DNA of 64,000 nucleotides. It comes from Rhynchobatus australiae. Lineage: Eukaryota. The stretch is from assembly GCA_034780895.1 (NCBI GenBank), contig JAUZTB010000042.1, positions 17,625,390-17,689,389 of the forward strand, given 5' to 3'. The notes beneath the pieces are model-generated. The model ran no database searches. It was not told the DNA's origin and worked only from the letters and a program-made list of their open reading frames with translations. A program made the translations under genes and the position numbers. Positions 24,396 to 36,882 of this stretch are shown piece by piece; the stretch's first letter is position 1, and each line of letters opens with the position of its first letter.

Positions 24396-27300
24396 ACTGA
24401 GCATTGCTGGAGCTTGTCCAGGTACTCTGAGTCAAGGACCCTGAACAGTGGCATGGGTGGCCCCAAAACAAGCCTAACACACAAAATTCCTCTGGGATCC
24501 TTTCACAGCAAGAAACCCTACAGGCCAACTTTACCAATGGTCAGTGTCAAAAACATTAGAAAAATGCTAAAAAGAAACAAACTATTTATAAGTTATAATT
24601 CATTCCAAATCAGCTAAGGACACTTAAAATCACTTTTCTATAATTAAAAGCATTTAACAAACCAGAAATAATTGTCTTCCATTTATTGCCGGCAGTGAAA
24701 TCAGTGAGCTCTTGGATGCTGTGCCAGGAGTAGTACTGGGAAATTTCAGGGAGCTCCAGCTCTGCTGCTTAAGTCCAGGTGGAGTCCAGAGGTATAGCAC
24801 ATTCGGAAGTTGCCAGAGGGGCTTGGCCGGTGGTTTGGGGCTTCCACATTTGAGTGGGAGTCCCAAAACTTAACAGTACATAACACTAAGATATCAGAGG
24901 CTCCATGCAGAACTGCCAGCATTTCCTGGCAAAATCCAATGTTTCATGCCCTAAGTTGCGGGAAAAACTTGAGTTTATTGATATATGTCCTGTTTGGAGA
25001 TATTCCCTAATAATTAGTTTGTAATGCCAAGTTCATAGGTTTTAGGAAGAGTTTAATGTTTTTCCCATAGAGGGTGTATTGTGAAAGATTACTTGCTTAT
25101 AGTTGGGGAATCAGTATGGGTGCATGGAATGCCATCAGTTTAAAGTTGACAAAGGAGCTCAGGAAAAATGGCTTTTGGCAGAGATTTTTTAGAGCCACTG
25201 CATATTTTAAGGTTAGCTGAATTTAAGACCAAGTGTCTCGTGTGATTTAATCTCATCTCTCGATCGTCAATTTAGGTCTCTGGATTGCTTGTCCAGTAAC
25301 TTAATGACTGTGCTACTATACAAGGGTATCAAACCGGGATTTGATCTGAAACCTTCATCACATTTAAATATGACCAGCTGACCAGGGTCAGAGAATCTCC
25401 TCGCTTTGCCATAATCCCCTGGTTATTCCAAATTTCAATTGATCATCATAGCAATTAGCTGTATTATTTCCCAAGTATTATAGCCCAAGTATTATTTCAA
25501 CCAAGTCTGTGTATTTTTAAATAAATGAGCTTTCACGCACAGTTTTTCATTCATAGTTTATTTTTCCAACAAATTGCACTCATTATCTTTGCAAAGGCTT
25601 TCCTTTGTCCCATTGTTTTATTTTATAGAATAATTACCTTAAATCAATATTACATGTTTAAGCATTCATCATGTTCCCATGCAGTCAAGTGTGCGTCTGT
25701 AACAAGGATAATTATACAACATGGGGTTTTCTAGACCAGACACTGCACTCAAATATTTTGCAGCTAAAAACTGGTCTGCAAATTGCCTGATTTTACTGCT
25801 GTACTTCTGAGAAGCACCATTTGCATTTTTTCTAAACACATCACCGTAATTATTCACTGCGGGAATCTGAGCCTGCTTAGAGAAAAAAGAGTTTACTAAA
25901 CGAGTCAGGACACTGTGAGCTCCACCTCACAATCACAAGCTTTGTTGCCTATCATCATTGACATATATGGACAAAGAGAGAAACATAATGATGCATAATA
26001 AAATGATGATCCAAGTGGTTCGGGCACAGTGATCTCTGCTCCTCAGACACTGATTGTAGTCTATTCCACTGACATATTTGGACAAAATAAAATCAAGCTG
26101 AGACATATAAAATGATAATTCTTTAATGTTGCCTTGGAATTCCTTTATTGATGACCACAAGAATGATTAAGATACCCATAAAATGCCTGCCAGAGTATAC
26201 ATCACTCAATTTGCATCTGCATGTGTACAACATTAACAAATGTCTACCATTAAAATGACAAATTCTTTCTTACGTTTGATATTCTTTCTGATTTAACTAT
26301 ATTAATCAAATAATAAATCAAATATTCAGCTGTTGAGTTAAACTTCTTTAATCCATTCTTTCTGTTAACAATGTGATTGCTATTTATTCACTAGGCAAAC
26401 TACACTCTGGTGTTTCTTGAACAGTTCAGCCAAATATTAGTACTTATTTCAATGTTAGGTCTAATATAAATATTAGAGTAGAGTTACAGTTGAGGACCCA
26501 AATGGTGATCTGGGTGCATGTGTGTCAGGTTTCCAAAGTGAAGCAATAGTTCAGGTTTCTGCTAAACTATTTTGCATAATCACAAACATAACTTTCTGTG
26601 AGCCAGTGGAATCAGGAGACATAATAGAGCATACTTTTTTCCTTCCATTTAAAAAATACTTATTCATATAGTAAAGAGAGCCCATGCAGTTTTATTAATG
26701 CAGCTGAAAATGGGTTCAACACAAAAAATAAGCATTTCAGTGGAAGTCAGTTAAGCATTTTAATCCAACACCTATATATACTTTAATTATTGAACATTAA
26801 TAAATAGTTTATATAATTTATTAAAGTAGTTTCATTTGTTTATACTGGTTTCCTTCTAAATCATGTTTTGATATTTAAATATTTATTAAGATATATGTTT
26901 GCTTCTAAATAAAGTTTAATTTGAAGAATCTATTCAAACTGTTGGAAGGAGATACAATCGGCAGAAACTTGGCATGTTTGTAACTTCAGTCCAGAATACA
27001 AGTGACTGGGCAGTTTCCAGTGCAACATTTTTAAACAAAAGAAATGCAAAAACTCAACTTGCAATCAACATATTTTGCACTTAAAATTCCTCAATCTTTT
27101 ATACCTGATCAACCAAATTCTGGCAAATTGAACCAGTGTAAACTAGTAATACAATCTGCTGTTACTTGGTTTGACTAATAAATGAAAAACAGATAGAGAG
27201 AAATTATCTTTTATTTTTTGAGATGTCAAACTAGAGAATCATTAATCTAATCTTCCTCGTTTAACTTCAGTTTTGTGAATTTTCCTCTCCCATTATAGAT

Positions 27301-27789
27301 TATCTCACAAAAGTATAAGAGACAGTATCCATTTTAATGAGTCCAATTTCAAGCCAGATGCACTTTTTTCAAGAAAGCTCATTATAAAACATGTTCCATT
27401 AAAACTAATTGAATTTATAATCTGATTATTTAAATCCTTCATTTGATGTTTCAGTACACTGATTACAAAACTTAGTTCTAATAGTGTCTTCAGAGCTGTT
27501 CTCTTTATTTCTTTTCTGTTTCGTGATCAACCTTGTTTCTATTTTGATTTTTTTTTGTGTCATACACATTTCTCTTGGTGTGACAGCAGCTTTTAAATTA
27601 AAATAGAGAAACTTGAATTTACATTGTGCGTTTCGAATCTTACGATGTCAGCAGCAGTACTCACGTTACAAATTGCTTTGAAGGCAGCAGGTCATTTATT
27701 CACAGCAGGGTACCAGAAAGAGGAAGTGGGATGAGTGATCGATTAAAGCTGTTTTGAAAATGTTTTATCATACATAGAGTATCTCCTGC

Positions 27790-28470
27790 AATGGTTTCTA
27801 CTACATTTGGCATACTAGGGATCTATCCTTGACCCTTATGGTGTTGCGCGCTTTGGCAACATCATCCCAAATCACATTATTAAGCTTCATATGTACTTTG
27901 ACAAAACCTTCCCGAAGCTCATTATCACGCCTCTCTTGATCTCACCACTGCCTCTATATTGTCAAGCTGGTTGTCTGAAATTCGTTACTGGATAAGCAGA
28001 AATTTTCTCAATTAAACTTTGAGAAGACCAAAACTGTCACCTCTGGCCAGCTGCAAACCTTGCCCCTGCACTGACCACTTCCATCCTCTTGCTGGCTCTC
28101 AGGGTGAAGTGGACGGTTCACAGCCTTACCATCCTTTTTGACTCTGAGATGCATCCAAGTAGCATAATCTGACCAAAACTGACACTAAGCCATAGAAACA
28201 GATACACTATTTCAATGCGACTAAAACCTTAATCATTAATAGGTTTTAAAGAGAATTTGAAGGAGCAGAGAGCGGCAGAAAGGCTGTGGGAGAGAACCAG
28301 ATCCTGGGGCATAGACAGCGGAAAATGGGACGATCAGAAGGCAGCTGAAAGAAGTATGGATACACAAAAAACCATTGGGATTCAGGTAACTGTAAACTGA
28401 ACAGTTACAGGGCTGGGAAAAATTACATATATGGGGAGAAGCAAGGCTAAAGAGTGATTTGAAGTACAGA
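27790..28470. mobile_element. L2 LINE fragments (RT on +, 3' part apparently on -)
   Basis: GGGATCTATCCTTGACCC (GSILGP-like) and CTTCATATGTACTTTGACAAAACC (decayed FHMYADDTQ). Confidence 0.6.
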
Positions 28471-31400
28471 TGGCATATTTATGCTGGCAAAGGCCTCACT
28501 GCATGGTGTCCCAGTTCACCTCTGATGAAGCCCATTTTGGTATTAGGGTACTTTTGGTAATAGGAAGCATAAAACAACACCATGTGTATAATTGTTTTAA
28601 AACTGCTGATTTGGTCATTTTTCATATTAGTACCTCTCCTCTCATGAAATGATCTGTCAAACTTTTAGTAGCAGATTTGTTTTGTTGCTTATAATATAGT
28701 CCACCAGAGGCCATTATTCTTGGCAAATCTTTGCTCCTAAACCTTCCACGTAGTGGTTACATTGCTTTCTGAGAGAACACTGCCAACAGAGGCTTGGCAC
28801 ATTACCACCAAGGGCACCTAGAGAAAACACTTAATGTAGCCAGTTGTATATCAGCCAAGCAACACAGGAAGGAAGGTCTTAAGTTCAACTCTTGGTCTGT
28901 ATTAAGGTAGCCAGGAAGGCAATAAGGCATCTTAATTAACAGTGATACCCCGACATCAATGTTCCTACTGCTGATTGTTCTCCAGTGAACCCTGCTGGAA
29001 ATTGCACTTTTGGGAAATCAAGTGAGTACAGGGTCAAATAGCCTCCACGGTCAACTAATCTGTCAACATTCACTCAGTTCAGAGTGTAAAATGGGTGTAG
29101 TACAGGGGGGCTATGGCCCCTGTGAAACTGCATTGCAGCAAGAGTTGGTGCCTTCAGTGATGCTGTGTACTTAATAGAAGGGTCTTTTTGGATTTTAGTT
29201 TAACATTACATTTCTATAAAGTATTTCTAAGAAATACTATTTTTTTTCGCTTAGCTGAGGTAGTGAAGTGAGGAAGTACATCACTGAGTACTTCAGCCGA
29301 GAATCAATCTTAGTAACTCACAGAGGGTATTGAGAATATGGAATTCTGCCATCTGAAATGGCTGATGCAGATAGCCTTGATCCATTGAAAGGGGGGCCTG
29401 GCTCATATGTGGAGAGAAGAGTAAAATATTATACAGAACAGGAAGGTAGAGGTAAAATGGCAAAGTCTTGCATGCAGTATGAACATTAGCATAGGCCATT
29501 GGGGATTGAATAGCTTTTTATTATACATGTGGCAAACATTGATAGATGTAAGAGTGTGCTGTCAGATTCTTGTCACCTATTTGTGTACATACAGCTTCTG
29601 TCTGGAGGCAATCATTTCTGACTCCTGATGCCACAATATTGTTGGATTGTGGGAACAAATAACAGTGTGATCCAGTTTTATTAAACAGAAAATGGAACTT
29701 CCTTTGGCTCACCAATCGTGAACAATGTAAGAAGGTTAACACGGAAAGAATTGTAGGTGTCTGGTGTGATTATTGAGCCCCTAATAACNNNNNNNNNNTG
29801 TTAGGTTAGGTGACAAAATACAAAGTTAACATTCAAAGAAGGTTTAGACATTATGTAAATCCCAAACAAATTACAATTCAGGCTTTTTGTGTACTTTTTT
29901 TGTTTGTATTAAAACTACAAAGCCTTAATAAAATCAAAAGCAAACAAAAGTTGAAAAGACATTGAATGCTGATAGATTAATTGACATTACAGTCAATGGG
30001 GTCTATCATCCCAGAAAAGAATTCATTGAATTGACTCCTTTGACCTCATGTTGTTCCTTAAACAAGTGATGGAACAGCATTCTTATTTCGCAAAAGCACT
30101 TGTCCAATGTCACAATCTGGTGCAGAACTAAACCATGCAAAGTAACAAATGTTACATTTAAGACTAGTACAGCTTCATTTTATTAGTAAAATAAACTTTT
30201 ATAAAAAAACTGCTCAATAATTCCTACTGAACAAAATTGTTTTGCTGGTTATCTTTTTAAAACTTGTTTAATGTTTCTAGTGTCAAAATAATGTAAACAA
30301 TAAATTTTAATGTGTGTTGAAAGAGTAGTGTAATTCTATACTTGTTAATGTGTTTAATTTTATTTCCTTTTGGTCTGTTCATTGTCTGTGTATTAGAAAT
30401 CATTTTGTTTTTAAATAAGGTATGTGTTAAATGGACTTTGGTGCATTACATGAAAATCTTGTATGCTTAACTGATTAACTTCATTGACATTAACATTGAC
30501 AAAAAATGTACTGCCTTCATTTGCCTTTATGAGGTTTTCTTCATTTGGAAGAAAAGGGTTTTTCTTCTTGGTTCTTTTGCTGCAAACAATTGCTGGATTA
30601 TAATCTCCCTTTTATTCATTCTGCTTATGTGGTATAATCACAATATTAGCTTGCTCTGTGCTTTTTCTCTTCTCCCCATTACTTAGCATAAATGAATGTC
30701 ATTGCCAGGATTGAAATCAAGTCCAGCAAAAACTCTTGCAGTTATACTATGTTGAAATGTTAGTGTTAATGTTTTATAAACGAGTAATTCATCATCTTGT
30801 ATTGGAAATGAACCAATTGGTAACTGAACTGGGATCGGTTCCATACGCATTACTGAGGAGAAACAGGGAAAGCCATCCCATTTCATTAGACCTTGTTAAA
30901 TGATCAAAATTGACAACAAACTCAGATTAAATGTGTTGTAGGTTAATTTTGTCTCTTTTATTCCAAATGAACTGTCCTGTTGGTTATGTCAAAAAATGAT
31001 TGATAACCTTATCCTTTATATTGTCTAATTCATGAGATTGTTGATTGGAATAGTCAGTTTGATAACTGAGGAATATTAATTTGGACTTTAAAGCAAAGGA
31101 TATATTTAGACCTGTCTGAGTGACACTAATTGTTAGAGCTTCCTGGTGTTACATTGGGGATTCATTTTAAAGATAAATGGATAAATTGAGTCAACTTGAA
31201 GTGGTTCAGAATGTGAAAAAAAATCAATCCAAATTTGCTGCCTGCTGAATCATATGTTTATGATTCTCATGATTGTTTCTCTTTTGTGAAGCTTGCAGTT
31301 CCCAACCACATTTGGCATTTTGAATCAATTTATCAAGGAATAAGCAAAGTTCATCTGATCCATCTGCATGGAGAGTGACAGGCGTGAAGGGTGAAACTTC

Positions 31401-33394
31401 TAGCATCCATGAGGTAGATAATCATTTGAAAATATGTGTCCACACTTAAGTATCCTGATTATTTCTGCTCAGTTACTGATGTAAAGGTAGCAATTGGATA
31501 CTGATGACATTTTTCAACAATGTCTTGCAACCTTTAACATGATGTCTTGGATGTATCAATGCACATAGTTTTCACTGTGGCACTGGCATGTAATGAAGTG
31601 AAGAGAGTCAGCATACAAATGGAAGAAGGACAGCTTCGGTCTGAATGGAGCTTGGTCTTTATCTGACAACTAGTGTTTTAGCATCACACAAGAATCATGG
31701 TGGTGAATCTACAACAGTTGTGCTGGGACGGACACCGTGTTCACATTAGAGTAACTAAACATGAAATCAATGTTAGCAGGAGGATTGCTCTGTATTCCGT
31801 ATAAATGCCACAGTGTAGTAGGACTTTCAGTCGTGTCCGGCAAAAGTGCAGTTTCAGAAATGCTCAAATCAAACATTTCCTTCTCTGTTTCATATTGATA
31901 TGAGATTAACTGCAAAAATTTGGTACAAAACTCAGCTGTTACCTAACCAGTAATACTAATTCCACCAATTCTTGTGCTCTTTGATATGGATCAAAAATAC
32001 TTAATGTCAAGAAAATCCTTTGAACCCTCCATTATTTCTCTCACTCGCATGCCAGCCATGCCATAAGGCACAAATGTGAATGGTTCTGCCAGTGGTGCTC
32101 TACAGGTGGCCTTTGAGGTGTGCACTAGAGTGACCTGGGTTAACTTACCTCCTGTACATAAATATCACAGATTTGGATTAGATCTTGTGCTACAGACTGT
32201 TGACTTTAGTTAATATATATAGATCTTATTCATCATGGATGGTCAAACAACTTAAATTTGTTCTTCATTTGGTTATATTAGCATTAGAAGGACTATCTAT
32301 TCAAACAGCTTATTCAAGATTTTCTTTGATTCACTTTTGGCTTTCACCTTTGGCTCCTGTTTTTAAACTCTTCCCAACATTAGATTTCGAATGCTTAAAT
32401 CAAGTTCACACTCGTTGCTAACTCAAAAGATGACCACTCTGAAATGTGTGATATTTGTGCTCAGCTGGAGGTCTCCAGGGTCCCTATTCATCTTTTCTCT
32501 ATCCCAGTATTAAAGTCAAATGAGACTGATTATTTGTGCTTGGATTCTTGCTCACATCTCCTCATGTAAGCTACAAGGGTTTACTGCTGGACCGGGATAT
32601 TGTATTTGGCCTAATATTGAGGTACACTCTTAAAATATGAGCTCAGGGAAATGGTGTTGATAAATGGTTAGTAATAGGAGGTATACTTTGGAATAGGATA
32701 TCCTGGGCACTGAATGCAATCAGAAAAATACACAATNNNNNNNNNNNNNNNNNNNNNNNNNNNNNNNNNNNNNNNAACCAAAACAATAAAAAAAAATTGA
32801 GGTATGTCTCTGCTGTAAAAAAAATTTCTTTGGTTACAAAATATGTTATCCTTAACTTTTATTACAAATTTGAAAATGTAATTATTCTGTTTGCACAATT
32901 TTTCACTTTACCGCTTTTGGCTGGTGTGTATAAATGCATCAGCTCAATGCGAGTGAGGCAAAGTAGCATCTCTTCTAATTTGAAGCAAAGTGAAAATAAA
33001 AAAAGATGCCTCCACTATAATTTGCATTAAATTATGTACATTCATTTAAATTTAAGTTGTGGGTAACTTTTCATTTCAGAAATAACAGCAAATTAAGCTC
33101 CTCCTCCTAGCCTTGATTCAGACATTTTAGATTTCTAGAAATCAAACTTTTTTTTTTGACCATTGTGGGTGTTTAAACTTTTGGGCTGGCACTATATATA
33201 TTTACTTGCTATTAAAGTCTTTCATTTGGGCTTTAATTAAATGTATTTAACCAAATTTGTGTTGTGTATTTCATTGACATGATAGCTATATTGAATAAAC
33301 ATGCTATGGTATACCATACAGTAAATGAAAATGTTATAAAATGTTAAGTGTAGATGTGTGTCTCTTCAAGATTACATAACTGCTGCTGGCTACA

Positions 33395-34350
33395 AAACAC
33401 AAATGCCAGCCAATGACCATTTCCAACAAGAGTTTNNNNNNNNNNATTCCTCCACTGTTGAGGTTTACTGTTGACCAGAAACTTAACTGGATCAGCTGTT
33501 GACTTAATGTCAAGCAGGTTAGAGGATGGGTGTTTTGTATCCAGGAATCCACCTTCCACTTCCCTCCACCACCAACACACCATAGCTGGAGAGCTGGAGA
33601 GCTGAGTGTGCATTGCAGAAATGTAGCAAGCCTACTTTGACAGCACTGTCCAAACTCCAGAGCCTTAGGGCCCAAGAAGAACAAAGACACCACATGTCTG
33701 GAAAAGTTGAAGCTTCTCTCCAAGTCACATACCATTGCTGACCCAAGCCAACCCATCACTGCTCAGTAGCACGGGGTGAGGATCATAATGTCACCACATG
33801 GACTGCAGCAATTCCAGAATACTATGACTTATGAAGGATGATTAGGGATGGGCATAAATGCTGGTCACCGAGAATCCCTCATCCTTGAACGAATTAAACA
33901 AAAGACTTCATGAAAGATTTTAGAGAAGTTACATGTATTTAAGAAAGTTTTAAAAGGTGGGGGTGAGAGTAGAGAGACAGTATTATTTGGGAGGGAGTTT
34001 CAATGAGGAACTGAAGGTGGATTTGAAGGAGGAGATTACACAAGAGGCTACACAAGAAGAAATACAAGGTTGAAAACCTTGTTAAGGTAATATGGGGTGA
34101 GACAATGATGACAAAGGTGTTAAGTATGATCAGTAAAGGGATGACATCTGTTGTACCACTAAGGATGGGGAGAAAAAAATGGCAGGTCCAGAATGGGATA
34201 GACACAGTCAAGTTTTGGATGGTTTGGTATTGGAAACTGGAGGTTGGGAGGGCAGCAAAGAGGTCAAAGGAAAAATCAAAATGAACGCTTGGGTAAGACT
34301 TTAAGTAGCAGAGTTGATAAAGTGGGGCAGAGGGGACGAAGCATGGAACA
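33395..34350 (-). mobile_element. Degraded LINE fragments (CR1/L2 group)
   Basis: Typical TTGACCAGAAACTTAACTGGATCAGC segment and reverse RT remnants; purine-rich L2-like tail at 33900-34350. Orientation is mixed. Confidence 0.5.
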
Positions 34351-36619
34351 AATTTTNNNNNNNNNNNNNNNNNNNNNNNNNNNNNNNNNNNNNNNNNNNN
34401 NNNNNNNNNNNNNNNNNNNNNNNNNNNNNNNNNNNNNNNNNNNNNNNNNNNNNNNNNNNNNNNNNNNNNNNNNNNNNNNNNNNNNNNNNNNNNNNNNNNN
34501 NNNNNNNNNNNNNNNNNNNNNNNNNNNNNNNNNNNNNNNNNNNNNNNNNNNNNNNNNNNNNNNNNNNNNNNNNNNNNNNNNNNNNNNNNNNNNNNNNNNN
34601 NNAAAATAGATTTACATTCCCTTGACTTCTAATTTGGACAGCACATGAACGGAAATAGCTGTGTGTCCTAATGTCATGTAATATAGCTTCATCATTAAGA
34701 GCAAAGGCACGCTTAAAGTCTGGTGTTTTAATGACCAAGACAATTCCGCTTTGAGTGTCGAATGAAATTAATGTTTCTTGCTGGATCTTCAAAGTTAATA
34801 ATTAGTCCTAATAATTAACTCGAGATGCCAGGAAACGTGTCCATAATTACATGCGCGAACGCCACTTACTTTAGTTTGCCCCTCTAAATCGATCACTTAA
34901 CACACCATTTCGTAAAGTTGTTGTTATTTCAATCTTCTGCTGTGCAGTTGCCCTCCTGATGAATCAAACATCAGTCAGATGGGAAAGAGACCGCCAGTCG
35001 CTTCTTAACTGTCCATATCGTCGTCCACATACAACCATAAAAACTCATCGTTCTGTGACTCTAACAACACATATACTGGTACGGTCATTATTCTGGTACC
35101 TATCTGGAAGAAAGAAGCCCCACACCTGGTCTTGGACATGCGTGCAATTCGGATCGCACATTCACAAATCCGTGCCATTTCTGTGACACCGTGCAACTTA
35201 AAATGAAAAGTTCTGAATTTCAATGAAATATCTCCATACGTTGTCATGTTTGGTACTTAATTGGCTGAACTGTTACACCCGTCCCCACAGGTATTCCCGT
35301 TACCATGTTAAAGTTAGTCGACATGAACAAGTTTTGGTGCGATCAGAAATGTACATGGCTTATAGGTGACGCGATTTCGTTCCCTCTTGCTGCTCCTTCT
35401 ATAAACAGGACCGGAGCGCAGGAAGAGGAGTGCAGCTCGCGTTTCTTGAGAAGTAACTACTAAATGCTGCCCGAATTCTACGCAAGTAATGTCAGGTCCC
35501 GTTGAGGAAAATGCAGAAAAGAGAAAGTGATATTGTTTTGATCGATGTATTCAGATGAATAAGAAAAAAACATTTTATCGGGAAGTTGTTCTCAATGTAG
35601 CTTCTCGGAAATGAAGCGGTTAATATTTAGAAGTAGTCGTAGTCCACCTCTGTTCAGACCGGCTGTGAAACTAGCTGAATACGGGAGGGAGAGGGAAACG
35701 CTTTTAACCAAACTGGATGTGTTTTCTGTATTGATGCGGCTTGCCAGCGGCGCTAAACACGTTGCATTAAAATGCCTACAATAACAACATCCTAGAATAA
35801 CGCCAAATTACAGCAGTTAGTCTTTGATAAACAGCAGATCCACCATTATCATGACCTTCACACAAAAACAAGCTGAGCGCTCCGCACAAACTCAAATGTT
35901 TTGAGACTTTGAAATATCTCATTCAAAATAAGGCAGGTTATGGATAAGGGCAGAGTGTCCTCCATTCTAACCCGTTACAAAGGCATCGGCAGTCAGAAGA
36001 GAAAGGTTTGCTTTCTGGACCCAGCCTGAGGTTCAACTAATGAGGGCGATGAGGATGAGTGAATGGTTTTAACCAGAGTGCTGTCCCTTCCTCCCAACTC
36101 TAAACGGGAGCTTTGAAGTTAATGAGTCTTCAGAAACAGAACTTTACACACGGAAGCAGAAGAGACCAAAGACCAGGTATCGACTGGACTACAAGTGTGT
36201 GTCCTCACTTGTGAATTACTTTCTCATTTATCTGTGTTATCTGGTTTAAATAAGAGAGCGCCACCTTAGGACGCGGAGCCATATCGAACCCCCTTCTGGC
36301 GGGATTCTTCAGCAGGACCGACGCGGATTAATTCCACCTGAATCCCGGAATGAAGAATGTCAGTAAAAACAATGACAACGTGGGTTGTATCTAATACTGA
36401 CAAAATAGTTCTACCAACAATCAATAAAGAGCCTAACCTCTGTGGCACTGGTTGTCTGTACTCCTCGAGGTCGCAGGCGATTTCCTCCACGCCACTTCCC
36501 TGGGTTCTGGGTTTCGGAAGCGTCCTGTAGAGCCACGGGAAGTATGCAATCACCTTAAATTCCACTTCAGTTTGGGCTTGACTTATCCTCACACGGACGT
36601 CAACTCGGAAAAGCAGTTT

Positions 36620-36882
36620 TCCTCCGGTTCAGTCTGAGTCAACACAAGTCCTGACAGAATGCTCTACGCGTGCAGGTGGCATGTTTGAGATGAGCTGTCA
36701 AACCCTGATCACGTTGGGTAGTGGGGGTCCCGCAATCAGGAGGCTCCTCAAAAGCCGCGACCAATATTTATCTCTGGAGTAATATTACCGAGTTTGTTTA
36801 AGCAGTAGAAGTCAAATACTTCTTGGTCATAAAGTGTTTTGGGGATGGGAAAGGTGCTATCCGAACACGCAAGTTCTTTCCT
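36620..36882 (+). mobile_element. Diverged Deu-type SINE copy
   Basis: TTTGAGATGAGCTGTCAAACC, ACCAATATTTATCTCT and AAAGTGTTTTGGG..AAAGGTGCTAT..GCAAGTTCTTTC tail. Confidence 0.6.

Noticed and set aside
36308-36328. REST/NRSE-like TTCAGCAGGACCGAC
   Set aside because: Too many mismatches at core positions.
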